From: a virus
IMG/VR virus record: IMGVR_UViG_3300042397_000787
Reading direction: 5' to 3' (one strand)
DNA length: 64,000 nt
Below, piece after piece: positions 34,643-44,642 of this stretch (within the stretch, counting starts at the first letter, position 1; each line of letters begins with the position of its first letter). The notes under the pieces were generated by a model. The model worked only from the letters and a program-made list of their open reading frames with translations, was not told the origin of the DNA and made no database searches. The position numbers and the translations under genes are program-made.

Positions 34643-35651
34643 CCTCCATCATTTGTCCGCCTGCCATGCGGTATCGCTTTTCAATCCAATCACTGAATGT
34701 TGGGTCGGTCAGAACTGGCATCCAGAATTCTTTGTTGTATGTATCATTCAGGCGATGCTTCTTTTCTTCTGTTGCCAACTGGTACCAACCATTCGATGGC
34801 TTGATAACGTGGCCGCTTTCTAGTGCCATATCAAGTAGACCAGACCACTTACTGATACCACCTTGAAAGGTTACTTCGATTGGAATCTTTGACTTCTCAC
34901 GAACATAACGAGACTTCTCGACGTTAATGATAAAGTTGTAACCAACTACTTCGGTGCCTTGCTTCTCTTGCTGGCGACCAATGATAAAGATATTATCGGC
35001 TGAGTAGTAGATGCCCGTACCACCAGAGACGATTGCCTTGGGGAACATACCAATTTCCATATAAGTGTGATTGACCACGACCATAGGAATGTCTTTAATG
35101 GTAAGATGTGGTGTAATCATACGGAACAAGGACTTCATCTGCTTGGCGCGGGTCATATCTGCAACCGACTTACCATCTAGGGCATCATCAACTTCTTTCT
35201 TAGAAGCAAGGTTACCCACAGAGTCAACTACAATCATGACACGGTCCTTACGTTCAAGTTCATTAACTTGCTTCATAATATCATGTTTCAATTGTTCAAT
35301 GTCAGTGATGGGAGTATGAACAACCTTACCTGTATCAATGCCAAAGTTCTCAAAGTATGACTGAGGAGCACCAAACTCGGAGTCGTAAAACAAAACAATA
35401 CCATCATCATACTTGTCCAAGAAACTCTTAACCAACATCATGGCGAATGCAGTCTTAAAGTGTTTAGATGGGCCAGCAAAGATGGTTAGCCCTGGTGTCA
35501 GACCACCATCTAGTTTACCAGAGAGAGCCACATTTAGTGCAGGAACAGAAGTCTGAATTAAATCTTTGGTACTAAAGAGTTTACTTTCTGATAATACATT
35601 CGTTTCTTTGATAGTAGTATTCTTTTTCAGTTTGTCAAGTAGTGCGTTCAT
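34587..35651 (-). CDS. uvsX: RecA-like recombinase
   Basis: GPSKHFKT, YDSEFG, DMTRAK, SGGTG. Confidence 0.95.
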   Translation of the reverse strand: MNALLDKLKKNTTIKETNVLSESKLFSTKDLIQTSVPALNVALSGKLDGGLTPGLTIFAGPSKHFKTAFAMMLVKSFLDKYDDGIVLFYDSEFGAPQSYFENFGIDTGKVVHTPITDIEQLKHDIMKQVNELERKDRVMIVVDSVGNLASKKEVDDALDGKSVADMTRAKQMKSLFRMITPHLTIKDIPMVVVNHTYMEIGMFPKAIVSGGTGIYYSADNIFIIGRQQEKQGTEVVGYNFIINVEKSRYVREKSKIPIEVTFQGGISKWSGLLDMALESGHVIKPSNGWYQLATEEKKHRLNDTYNKEFWMPVLTDPTFSDWIEKRYRMAGGQMMEGENVEILDEDVSEEYENL

Positions 35652-38173
35652 GCGAATAGGTCCTCCAATGTTGCTTTAGGTTCAGTAGACCAGCCTAGAC
35701 CGTCTACAATCATGTTAAGTGGGTCAAGAAATGCTTTCTGGAACATCATCTTATAATCTATATATCGGTGAATGTCAAGTTCTTTTGGCATTATTCCGAG
35801 AAAAGCAATACAATTTTCATGCATTGTATTAGGCTCTTTGAGATAAAGGAACTTAATCTTTTCACCCTCTTGTATTAATTCATACTTCTTGTCAAGGTTG
35901 GCTTTCTTGATCATATGGTTATACATCAGGGCACCGCGAACATGCATCGGTGTTCCCTTGCCATAAATATCAGCCGTAGATGTATACTTAGACAACCCAT
36001 TTACACCTCGTGGGAATGCAATCTCTTCAGGTGTCATCTTGTAGAAGGCTTCGCGGGTTTCTTCAATGAACTTCTGTAGAGTTGCTTCGTCGGAGGTCAG
36101 GCAGAGTCTGACGGCTTCTTTGAGGCTCTTGCGGACGGGCGCAGGCGTAGACGAGCGGACGATTTCGAGACCCATGACTTTGAGTTTTGGCTCATCGTAA
36201 CGGACGCCTTCGTTGTCATAGACATTAAGTGCGTACCTCTTTTTTGCAACCCAGATGCCACGTTCCGCGATTGCCTCGCGTTTGAATATAATTTTCTTCT
36301 GAAATGCATTCGTGTAGTCCGCAAGTCCATCGCAACTCTTGTTGATCGCCTCTGTGATTTTCTCTTCGCAGATTTTATCGAGAACGCCAATGAGTTTGTC
36401 GCGGTCCATATCAGGATAAAACTTACTAACAAGAGGCTCCAGGGAAATATAACAAGAATCAGTATCACTGTAGAAAGAGTAGTTGTGTCCATTTGTTCCT
36501 ACGACCTTGTTGAGATATGCGTCAAGTGCCTTACCTACTTCCTGAATAATATACTGACCAGTCATAGTGATGCCTTCAGCCACTCGGGCATCATAATAAC
36601 GGAAGTATTCATTACCCATGGCACCGAAGAGAGAGTTCAACTGAATCTTTCTTGCCATTTGAAAGTTGTTATACTTCGAAATGTTGTTCTTTAGTTTTTC
36701 GTCTTTAGTAAGTTCATATTCTTTCTGCGCGGCAATCATTAACTTCTTGTAGCGTTGACGGTCATCAAAGAACTTCTCTACGATTTCTGGAAACAGACCT
36801 TGCTTAGTGCGATTATAGCAATACCCATTTGAAGTCATGCAATAATCATTGTCTTTTAGGTCATCAAGGTCAAAGGTCTTATCAAGAAGGCCGCGCACGG
36901 TGGTGTCTTTGACATAACCATTTACCATGGTCTCAGGCGACATGTTATACTGCATAATGATTGACGGATACAGAGAGGTAGCATCGAAAGAAACTACCCA
37001 GTCATACTTACCGGGCTTAGGTTCTTGAACATACGCACCTTCAATGCCGCGGCCCTGTTGGTCTCTCTTCTGAGGAATGTGAATGTTCTTATCATACAGG
37101 TGATTATAGAGAAGGCAATCCCAGGTGCGAACCTGTGAGAAAACGTCATTGTAATTACACTTGGCGTCATAGGCCATCGTGAGGATAAGTTCAATCAACT
37201 TCAACTTACGTTCAAGTTCGTCCACAATTTCAACGTCTCGAACGTTGTATTCAACAAACTTCTGCCAGTCTTTAGTGTAAAACTCACGGAAACTTTCATA
37301 GGGATTTTCCAGCTTGTTCTTACCAAGTTCTACAGAAGCAATATGGTCTAGCTTGTAGGACTCTTGGTTAGAATACGTGAACTTCTTAAAGAGGTCCAGA
37401 TAATCTAGAACGGCAATACCCTTCATTTCATAGGTAAACATTTCGCGACCCATGACGTTCATGTTCTTGCGCTGCACTAGACCCCAAGGAGAAAACTTCT
37501 TCTTAGTGGCATTTTCATCATTGAACAGCCGCTCTACACGGGCAATCAAGTATGCAATATCGAAAAGTTCAACGTTCCAACCAGTGATGATATCTGGATG
37601 ATTATCAGAATGAAAACGGACATAAGTTTCTAGCAGGTCACGTTCATTATCACACTTGACATACAGAAACTTGTTGCCAGTGGCACGAAGGGCTGCAATT
37701 TCTTCTGAGTTTACATCATCAAATTCACCGCAACCAAAGGTAATAATCTGGCGAGAGACTAGGTCCTTGACAGTGATGAGAAGTATCTCTTCAATCGGAT
37801 TATTGATATCTGGAAAGCCAAACTCGGCTCTCGTTTCGATATCGATTGTCTGAATCTTTAGAGCATTCATATCCCATTGAATTTCACCAGGAAACTTATG
37901 CGTGATATACTGGTAGCCAAAGTTTGTCTGACCATAGATAGGAAAGTTATCTACTTCACCATAGGTTTGAATAAACTCTTTGGCGTCATTATTACTTTGA
38001 AACTCAACTGGCTGAAGATTGTCGCCATACAGAGACTTATGGACACCTTCTTCTTTGCTCTTCACATAGAGAACAGGAGAGAAGTCTTCCCTACGATTGA
38101 AGCGCACACCATTATGAACACCTCGAACGAGAATCTTGGAGCCATATTGGTGTGCGCTGGTATAAAACTTCAT
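35648..38173 (-). CDS. 43: Family B DNA polymerase (gp43)
   Basis: DIET exonuclease motif, FDATSLYPS, KIQLNSLFG, YSDTDS, KKRY. Confidence 0.97.
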   Translation of the reverse strand: MKFYTSAHQYGSKILVRGVHNGVRFNRREDFSPVLYVKSKEEGVHKSLYGDNLQPVEFQSNNDAKEFIQTYGEVDNFPIYGQTNFGYQYITHKFPGEIQWDMNALKIQTIDIETRAEFGFPDINNPIEEILLITVKDLVSRQIITFGCGEFDDVNSEEIAALRATGNKFLYVKCDNERDLLETYVRFHSDNHPDIITGWNVELFDIAYLIARVERLFNDENATKKKFSPWGLVQRKNMNVMGREMFTYEMKGIAVLDYLDLFKKFTYSNQESYKLDHIASVELGKNKLENPYESFREFYTKDWQKFVEYNVRDVEIVDELERKLKLIELILTMAYDAKCNYNDVFSQVRTWDCLLYNHLYDKNIHIPQKRDQQGRGIEGAYVQEPKPGKYDWVVSFDATSLYPSIIMQYNMSPETMVNGYVKDTTVRGLLDKTFDLDDLKDNDYCMTSNGYCYNRTKQGLFPEIVEKFFDDRQRYKKLMIAAQKEYELTKDEKLKNNISKYNNFQMARKIQLNSLFGAMGNEYFRYYDARVAEGITMTGQYIIQEVGKALDAYLNKVVGTNGHNYSFYSDTDSCYISLEPLVSKFYPDMDRDKLIGVLDKICEEKITEAINKSCDGLADYTNAFQKKIIFKREAIAERGIWVAKKRYALNVYDNEGVRYDEPKLKVMGLEIVRSSTPAPVRKSLKEAVRLCLTSDEATLQKFIEETREAFYKMTPEEIAFPRGVNGLSKYTSTADIYGKGTPMHVRGALMYNHMIKKANLDKKYELIQEGEKIKFLYLKEPNTMHENCIAFLGIMPKELDIHRYIDYKMMFQKAFLDPLNMIVDGLGWSTEPKATLEDLFA

Positions 38174-38234
38174 GTAACCCTCTTTTCAATTCAAATACTA
38201 CTATACTATAAAACATAACAAAAGTAAAGAGGTT

Positions 38235-38657
38235 TTAGTTACACCATGATGCTTTCTTTTCGCCCATATAGGCGCGGGCAAGACCAGCCTTGATTAGTTC
38301 TGTTGATAGGTCCTTGCCATTATACTTGACATAACCAAGAACACGGCCGCCAAACTTGTCCCATTCTTTTAGATCAACCTGAATAATCTGACCAGGTTTA
38401 ATCACAGACTTAGTAAAGTTTGTTGCTGCTTCTCCACCAGCAGCTTCCTTAGGACACTGGGCACGTCCACCCTTTTCAGGTGTATCAACACCCAATACTC
38501 GGATTTTAATTACGGGTGGAATTGGAGCTGGCACCCATGGTGCTTCGACTTCGATTGTGTCGCCGTCCATAACTCTTGTTACCTTCCATGAATGCTCTAC
38601 TGCCAGAGCTGGAGTGGCAATCAGGGCTGCGGCTAGAAATGCGGTAAATAATTTCAT
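38235..38657 (-). CDS. Secreted thermonuclease (SNase-like)
   Basis: Signal peptide; DGDTI, RVLGVDTPE, DKFGGRVL, GLARAY. Confidence 0.88.
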   Translation of the reverse strand: MKLFTAFLAAALIATPALAVEHSWKVTRVMDGDTIEVEAPWVPAPIPPVIKIRVLGVDTPEKGGRAQCPKEAAGGEAATNFTKSVIKPGQIIQVDLKEWDKFGGRVLGYVKYNGKDLSTELIKAGLARAYMGEKKASWCN

Positions 38658-38953
38658 ATGATAATCTTACTTTCTGGAATAACGATACCACTACCGAAAC
38701 GAGTATTATATTCGTTCTTCATTCCAGTATCTGGTTCGAAAATAGAAACAACTGCACCAGCACGAATAGGAATATCTCCGGTCTGGGCATACGGGCAGAA
38801 GGGTGCTAGTCCAATACCAAACTGATTGTTCTGGTTAGGTACCATCATAATCAACAGAGGCTTTTGTAGGATTACAAGACCCTCAGCACTTTCATCAATG
38901 TCAGCAATGATTTCCTCACCGCTGATTAGCTTTATACATTTAATATTGGACAT
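38654..38953 (-). CDS. Conserved T4-like small protein (Sm-like fold likely)
   Basis: IKLISGEEIIA...YNTRFGSGIVIP. Confidence 0.65.
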   Translation of the reverse strand: MSNIKCIKLISGEEIIADIDESAEGLVILQKPLLIMMVPNQNNQFGIGLAPFCPYAQTGDIPIRAGAVVSIFEPDTGMKNEYNTRFGSGIVIPESKIII

Positions 38954-38974
38954 AGCATTCACCTTCTTAAATTA

Positions 38975-39463
38975 TTACTTAGTTTTACCTTCTGCCAAGA
39001 ATTCGGCAGCTTGTGATGGATATTCATTATCCTCATCGGTAATGTCGATCTTCTTGGCTTTCTTTTCTTCTGGAATAAATGCTTCAAGCCAAATCTTTAG
39101 CATACCATTTACCAGAGTAGAACTTTTTACTTCAACATTGTCGGCAAGAGTGAATTCACGTTTAAATCCTCGCTCGGCAATACCTTTGTAAAGGTATTCA
39201 GTATTGTCAGTGGCATCGATTTTACCACGAATACTCAACAGACCTTCTTGCAATTCAATATCAATCTCGGACTTACCGAAACCAGCAACGGCTAGTTCAA
39301 TAACGTAGCGGTCTTCATCGACCTTCTTGATATTGTATGGGGGATATTTAATTGGCATCATCTGGGATGATTGGTCGGCAATATCTGCCAGCCTCTTCAT
39401 AACACGGTCTGCGCCAACGAAATAACGATCCATCTGTGGGATCATTGTTGTATCAAATTTCAT
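38975..39463 (-). CDS. Small heat shock protein Hsp20 (IbpA-like)
   Basis: YPPYNI, ELAVAGF, YLYKGIAERGFKREF, NGML. Confidence 0.93.
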   Translation of the reverse strand: MKFDTTMIPQMDRYFVGADRVMKRLADIADQSSQMMPIKYPPYNIKKVDEDRYVIELAVAGFGKSEIDIELQEGLLSIRGKIDATDNTEYLYKGIAERGFKREFTLADNVEVKSSTLVNGMLKIWLEAFIPEEKKAKKIDITDEDNEYPSQAAEFLAEGKTK

Positions 39464-39529
39464 ATTTTTGCTCCTATTAAGCGAGTTTAAAAAAGTGTGC
39501 CATCCGAAGCATGACACACTTTATTTATA
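39464..39529 (-). promoter_or_regulatory. ROSE-like RNA thermometer 5'UTR with late promoter
   Basis: Upstream hairpin, then CTCGCT-TAAT-AGGAG SD-sequestering hairpin with bulged G. Confidence 0.6.
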
Positions 39530-39552
39530 CTATACTTTTAGAAGAAAGTCAA

Positions 39553-39969
39553 CTACTTTTTGCGACCGATGTTATACTTTTGAATAAGTTCCCACTCGTT
39601 CTTTTCTTTGTAAGCAATTACTTTGATTTGATTTAGAGGTGCCTTGTCCTCATGAATTTCTGGATTGAGAATGGTAATCAAACCCCAGTCCGAAAGTAAA
39701 TGCGCAACAGTATTTCTACGTTGCAAGTCATTATCGCTAAAGTCCGCATCTTTACCATCTAAGGCAAAGAGTTCCTTAAAGTGGACAATGAAATACCTAC
39801 CCTGCTTATGAAGGATATGGCATGACTGATAAAGAATCTTATCCTTACGAGACGCTACCCCAATACGTGAAAGAGTTTCACGAACCTTTAGAAAGTCGTC
39901 TGGATTCTCCAACTTAACTTCCAAGGGAGCATACCCAGGATAGTTAATATCAAAAAAATCTTCGCTCAT
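39553..39969 (-). CDS. regA: Translational repressor RegA
   Basis: DDFLKVRETLSRIG, LYQSCHILHKQGRY, HFKELF. Confidence 0.95.
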   Translation of the reverse strand: MSEDFFDINYPGYAPLEVKLENPDDFLKVRETLSRIGVASRKDKILYQSCHILHKQGRYFIVHFKELFALDGKDADFSDNDLQRRNTVAHLLSDWGLITILNPEIHEDKAPLNQIKVIAYKEKNEWELIQKYNIGRKK

Positions 39970-40421
39970 TTTCTACCACCTTTATACAATTTCTCTTTTA
40001 TTGTTTTCTTTTGTTCTTCGGAGAGAATTGTAAGAGCTTGACTAGCTTTTTCATTACTATAGCCATAATACTCCTTGATCATCTCAACTTCGGCATCGTC
40101 TTCAATTTTGATCCATTTATCAAAACGCTTTCTAGACCTAATTGTATTTATAAGAAAAGTATTTTGCAGAGCTTTATCAAGGTGTGGGCGGCAGTTCATC
40201 TCGTTGGCTGGAATGACAGTATCAGCACTGAAACTCAGTCCACGATTGATGATCCAAGGGTTGTATTGCTTCTCTGACCACTCATCTACTATGAGATTAG
40301 TCTTCTTGTGGTTAATATCGTTGATGAAATCAAAGGGAGAAATCTTGGCTTTTTTCTCCACATAATCTTCTGGCTTGTATTCTACCTTTGGATCACCAAG
40401 GCCCTCTAGAATACCGTCCAT
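39966..40421 (-). CDS. 62: Clamp loader small subunit (gp62)
   Basis: YNPWIINRGLS, ANEMN, IKEYYGYS. Confidence 0.9.
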   Translation of the reverse strand: MDGILEGLGDPKVEYKPEDYVEKKAKISPFDFINDINHKKTNLIVDEWSEKQYNPWIINRGLSFSADTVIPANEMNCRPHLDKALQNTFLINTIRSRKRFDKWIKIEDDAEVEMIKEYYGYSNEKASQALTILSEEQKKTIKEKLYKGGRK

Positions 40422-41353
40422 TACTTCCACTCCACTCCAGCCATAATCTCAACCAGACAGGCTACGAGATTGATTTCTTGGTTGGTGGCGAAAGCAGACT
40501 TGTATTGATAGTCGGCCAGCAGAACGATAAGAGCCGCAGGATACTTAACATCATCAAGAAGGGTATCATAAATCTTACGGAAAATGATGCCAGCATCGTT
40601 GTCGATATTATCTACAACCCACTGACGGACTTTCTTGAAGTCCTTACCACGAAGGGCATCAACCAGTTCTTTCATATTGATTTCTTGGACATTGGCCAAG
40701 ATACCAGCATCGATAGTACCACTTACACTGTAACGCTGTAGTTCATTAAGAACACGGCGATAATCAGGGAAGTGCTTCTTGAGGACTTCGGCAACAACCT
40801 TGTCATCATACTGCACACTCTCGGCTTCAAGAATATCACCAAGACGTTTCATAAAACGTCCAGCCATCTTTGGTCTATCGGCCTTAGTCAGCTTGAATTC
40901 AATCACCGCAGTTCGACTATGCAGAGGTGCAATGATACGGTTCTTGAAGTTACAGGTAAAGATGAAGCGGCAGTTGTTGGCAAACTCTTCAATGAAGGCA
41001 CGAAGGGCTGGCTGAGTGGAATTTGGATTCAGGTAATCGGCTTCGTCTAGAATAACAACCTTAGTCTTGCCGCTAAACGAGACAGAGGATGCAAACTCAC
41101 GAATCTTGGTACGGAGAACATCAATACCAGATTCTTCTGAACCGTTAATAACGATATAATCACAACCCAATTCTTCACAAATGGCTCGGGCGATAGTAGT
41201 CTTACCTACACCAGCCGAGCCACACAGGAGCATATTGGGAATCTCACCAGTTGCCACAAACTGGCGAAAGGTATTCAGTTGTTCATCGGGAAGGATACAA
41301 TCGTCCAGCTTACGAGGACGATACTTCTCAACCCAGAGGAAGTCTTCACGCAT
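40421..41353 (-). CDS. 44: Clamp loader large subunit (gp44)
   Basis: WVEKYRP, GSAGVGKTT, DEAD, PLHSR. Confidence 0.95.
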   Translation of the reverse strand: MREDFLWVEKYRPRKLDDCILPDEQLNTFRQFVATGEIPNMLLCGSAGVGKTTIARAICEELGCDYIVINGSEESGIDVLRTKIREFASSVSFSGKTKVVILDEADYLNPNSTQPALRAFIEEFANNCRFIFTCNFKNRIIAPLHSRTAVIEFKLTKADRPKMAGRFMKRLGDILEAESVQYDDKVVAEVLKKHFPDYRRVLNELQRYSVSGTIDAGILANVQEINMKELVDALRGKDFKKVRQWVVDNIDNDAGIIFRKIYDTLLDDVKYPAALIVLLADYQYKSAFATNQEINLVACLVEIMAGVEWK

Positions 41354-41439
41354 AATGATTCTCCATAATAAAATAAAATGTCCGTCGCGATGTGTAAGGG
41401 CATCCACGGACTCTGGCTTAGTGACCAGTATTCACTATA

Positions 41440-42024
41440 TCAGTTGTTGCGCAACCAGTCAAGAATATTTTCGGGTGAAGTTACACCATAAGGATCATCC
41501 GCGCAGTTGTCCTCAACTACATCACCTTCAATGAACCACTTCTCAATCTGACCGTTATTCACCACAACAGCATATCGCCATGAACGTTCACCAAAGCCAA
41601 GATTGTCCTTCTGGACATTCATTCTCATCTTACGAGTGAACTTACCAGAACCATCAGGAATCATCTTAACCTTCTTGATCTTCTGATCTTTCGCCCAGCA
41701 ATTCATGACAAAGGAATCATTGACAGATACACAGTAGATGTCCTTGATACCAAGTGCCTTAAACTCAGCAAAGTTCTTTTCGAAACCAGGTAACTGGTAG
41801 GTCGAACATGTTGGAGTAAAGGCACCAGGAAGAGAGAACAGAACTACACGTTTACCAGCGAAGTAATCATAGGTTGTCTTATCTTCCCAACGGAATGGGT
41901 TAGGACCTTCAATCGAGTCATCGCGGACACGGGTCTTGAAGACTACTGCAGGAACAATCTCAGGTAGTTCCTGATCGCTGGCTTCATCGTCCCACTCCCG
42001 CTTAAATTTAAACTTCTCTGCCAT
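41440..42024 (-). CDS. Peroxiredoxin (Prx5/redoxin type)
   Basis: PGAFTPTCS, SVNDSFVM, RSWRY. Confidence 0.92.
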   Translation of the reverse strand: MAEKFKFKREWDDEASDQELPEIVPAVVFKTRVRDDSIEGPNPFRWEDKTTYDYFAGKRVVLFSLPGAFTPTCSTYQLPGFEKNFAEFKALGIKDIYCVSVNDSFVMNCWAKDQKIKKVKMIPDGSGKFTRKMRMNVQKDNLGFGERSWRYAVVVNNGQIEKWFIEGDVVEDNCADDPYGVTSPENILDWLRNN

Positions 42025-42191
42025 TATACCACAGCTACCTGCGCATCAAAGTCATTAAGAATGAGGAGCTTGTTAAACTGGCGAACAACTTCATCAAGGT
42101 CACTGGTGGTAAACGCAATGGTTACATCACGAGGGTCTTCTTCTGCATCATAAGGAATGCGGGCATTAAATGTGAATTCAAACTTAGTCAT
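42024..42191 (-). CDS. Hypothetical protein (55 aa)
   Basis: Manual translation MTKFEFTFNARIPY...; AGGAGA RBS; coupled to the peroxiredoxin gene. Confidence 0.6.
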   Translation of the reverse strand: MTKFEFTFNARIPYDAEEDPRDVTIAFTTSDLDEVVRQFNKLLILNDFDAQVAVV

Positions 42192-42202
42192 ATTATTTCT
42201 CC

Positions 42203-42862
42203 TTAAATAGAGGACGCAGGGTCCATTGCAATGTAATAAACGAGTTCGCGACCCTTGCTCTTAAACTCCATGGCGCGCTTCTTACCAAGCGTGACAGTGT
42301 AGTTATCAGAGAGGACTTTGAGGTTCTCGGTCTTCACTCGGCAATCAAACACAGGAGCGGGGTCGGTGCTGATAGTCTTAGTGTAGGAGTTTGCCGATGA
42401 ATTAGTGGGGTCGCCAACCTTGAGTTGAACCTGGGCGCCATCCGATACAATGCTGATGATTGGTGCCGAGGTGATTGATGCGGCGCGGAGAATCATGCTG
42501 ATTGCATCCGCAGAAAGATCGAACGACCACACAGGTTCAATCTCAAGGTTTTTGTCGGGAGCAGCGGTCACGGTGCCAGGATCGGAATAGAAGTATTCAA
42601 ACTTCGAGCCGTCCTTACTAACCTTGATGCTAGTCTCGCCAAAATCTACGTCCTGATCTTCCATAAGGGTCAGAAGTGCCAGAAGGCTGTTCAGATCATA
42701 GACGGCAATTTCACGCGGAAAGGTTTCAGTAACCGTGGCACGTGAAAAGATGTTCTTCCCAGGACTTACGGTACCAATCACATTACCCTGCCGAAACAGA
42801 ATATTGGTATTGATACCAGCGTAGTTCTTTAGAAGTGAAAGTGTTTCATTAGAAATTTTCAT
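42203..42862 (-). CDS. 45: Sliding clamp (gp45)
   Basis: MKISNETLSLLKNYAGIN, YDLNSLL, YYIAMD. Confidence 0.92.
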   Translation of the reverse strand: MKISNETLSLLKNYAGINTNILFRQGNVIGTVSPGKNIFSRATVTETFPREIAVYDLNSLLALLTLMEDQDVDFGETSIKVSKDGSKFEYFYSDPGTVTAAPDKNLEIEPVWSFDLSADAISMILRAASITSAPIISIVSDGAQVQLKVGDPTNSSANSYTKTISTDPAPVFDCRVKTENLKVLSDNYTVTLGKKRAMEFKSKGRELVYYIAMDPASSI

Positions 42863-42868
42863 AATATA

Positions 42869-43381
42869 TTAACCTTTTTTCTTGTTGGTCTTATTACCAG
42901 TATTTGTTATAACAGAAATTGTGTCGTTTGTCAAGAGAGAACTGGTGCCCATGTTGTAATTATTCCAGTCTGGAACAATAGTATCGTTAAGGTTTAGCGT
43001 AATAGTATCATAACCATTTGGATGAGCAGACAAAGTTGTAGTAGACAAGGCTGTAGCAAGAGCAGGTTTTAGGTTGACATCCTCGTAAAGTCCTGCTAGA
43101 CTAGGCTGTTGTGCCTTATCATGAACATGCAATGCAATGATGGCATAGTGAATGACCTTCATGAGGTCCTTGCGCCAGTCTTCGGGAGTTCCCTTATGAC
43201 CGTATCGCTGGGCATACTTCATGATGTTTCCAACCGTGAAGCCTACACCATGTCCACCATCAATGATAAACTCGGTAGCTTGGTACTTGTTCTGCGAATA
43301 GTGCTGCCCATAAGTGGCATTCACATACTCGGTAACCTGCCGAAGCAGGTCACCTTCGTTATACTTATATTTAATTGTCAT
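42869..43381 (-). CDS. DUF3310-like protein
   Basis: TYGQHY, GNIMKYAQRYGHKG, DLMKVIHY. Confidence 0.75.
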   Translation of the reverse strand: MTIKYKYNEGDLLRQVTEYVNATYGQHYSQNKYQATEFIIDGGHGVGFTVGNIMKYAQRYGHKGTPEDWRKDLMKVIHYAIIALHVHDKAQQPSLAGLYEDVNLKPALATALSTTTLSAHPNGYDTITLNLNDTIVPDWNNYNMGTSSLLTNDTISVITNTGNKTNKKKG

Positions 43382-43390
43382 ACTATCTCC

Positions 43391-44560
43391 TTAGAAAGGT
43401 GTTTCTTCAAAAAATGCGTCTTCATTGACGTTATCGGTAGGGCCAGTATCAATCTTGGCATCAACCTTGGTGTAGAGGTCGAGGAATGCTGACTTGGTAT
43501 CAGCATCAAAGCGGTTAACGCAGAGTTCGACTGCCTTCTGGCGAGACTTGAACATGGCGAAGGCATTGACAATGTGTTCCAGACGGCGAGTCGAAATCAG
43601 GTCGTCAATGCCACCATCGTAAAAAGTCTTACGGATGATTTCAGCCCAAGTAACAAGGTTGTCGGCGAATTCTTCATCAATCGCGCCAGCCTTTTCCATC
43701 TTGTTCATGACAATCTTCTTTTCGACCTTAGCCGATGGGTATTCTTGTTCGACTGTGATGGCGAAACGCTCAAGGAAGGCATCATCAAGAATCTGAGCCG
43801 AGATGAACTTGCCGTCATCGGAACCACGACCCTTGGTGTTAGCAGTTGCAACCACGTTGAAGCCCTTGGCGGGGAAGACAGTCTCGCCAGTCTTCTTATT
43901 GAAGTATGGCTTGCCTTCAAGAATGGCCTGGATGCACATCAACTTGTTCGAACCGCGGTCGATTTCATCAAGAATAAGAATTGCCCCACGCTTCATGGCA
44001 GTCAGAACAGGACCTTCGCGGTACACTACGTTACCATCGACAAGGGTGTTGCCACCAATCAGGTCGTCTTCATCGGTTTCTACCGAGATGTTGACGCGGA
44101 GACATTCGCGCTTCAACTTGGCGCAAGCCTGTTCAATCATTGTGGTCTTACCGTTACCAGACAGGCCAGAGATGAACGTGGGATAGAAGGCTTCTGCCTT
44201 GAGAACCTTAATCAGGTCGGTGTAAAAGCCAAACGGAACGTAGGTCGCATCAAGACGGGGAACCAGATTGTCAATGATTACCTCTAGCTTAGGCTGCATC
44301 ACCGTCTTAGCAACGGGCTTCGAGATAATCTCAGCAACTGGCTGAGGCATCACGGGTGCAGGCTTGGCAGTCACGCCAACCATTGCAGCAGACAAATCGT
44401 AAACGCCACGAGAAACCACATTGTCCTTTGACAGGAGCCAGTTCAACTTCTCAATACCCATGGGGTGGGCGACGGCAAAAACATCTTTCTTGCGGAAAAT
44501 ACCACCATTCGTATCAGCGGCACGAAGGGCGGCAAGCAGGTCTTCACGGGTACTAATCAT
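43391..44560 (-). CDS. CobS-like MoxR AAA+ ATPase
   Basis: GLSGNGKT, LDEIDRG, ATANTKG, AFLERF, STRRL. Confidence 0.9.
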   Translation of the reverse strand: MISTREDLLAALRAADTNGGIFRKKDVFAVAHPMGIEKLNWLLSKDNVVSRGVYDLSAAMVGVTAKPAPVMPQPVAEIISKPVAKTVMQPKLEVIIDNLVPRLDATYVPFGFYTDLIKVLKAEAFYPTFISGLSGNGKTTMIEQACAKLKRECLRVNISVETDEDDLIGGNTLVDGNVVYREGPVLTAMKRGAILILDEIDRGSNKLMCIQAILEGKPYFNKKTGETVFPAKGFNVVATANTKGRGSDDGKFISAQILDDAFLERFAITVEQEYPSAKVEKKIVMNKMEKAGAIDEEFADNLVTWAEIIRKTFYDGGIDDLISTRRLEHIVNAFAMFKSRQKAVELCVNRFDADTKSAFLDLYTKVDAKIDTGPTDNVNEDAFFEETPF

Positions 44561-44602
44561 AATAAAATCACCTTTTCACAAACAAACATCATCAATCACA
44601 TT

Positions 44603-44636
44603 ATTTACTATAGTCGATTCGCGACCAAATGTCAAG
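44603..44636 (-). promoter_or_regulatory. Early promoter, 34-bp exact repeat copy 1
   Basis: TTGACA-TTTGGTCGCGAATCGAC-TATAGT. Confidence 0.8.
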
Positions 44637-44642
44637 TGTTTT

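Noticed and set aside
15331-38173. Introns or inteins in nrdA, thyX, primase, helicase and DNA polymerase
   Set aside because: All are continuous ORFs of expected length with no insertion motifs.
43574-44287. 237-aa plus-strand ORF and other long antisense ORFs (e.g. 28377..28865)
   Set aside because: Antisense to well-supported genes with biased codon usage; no motifs or RBS.
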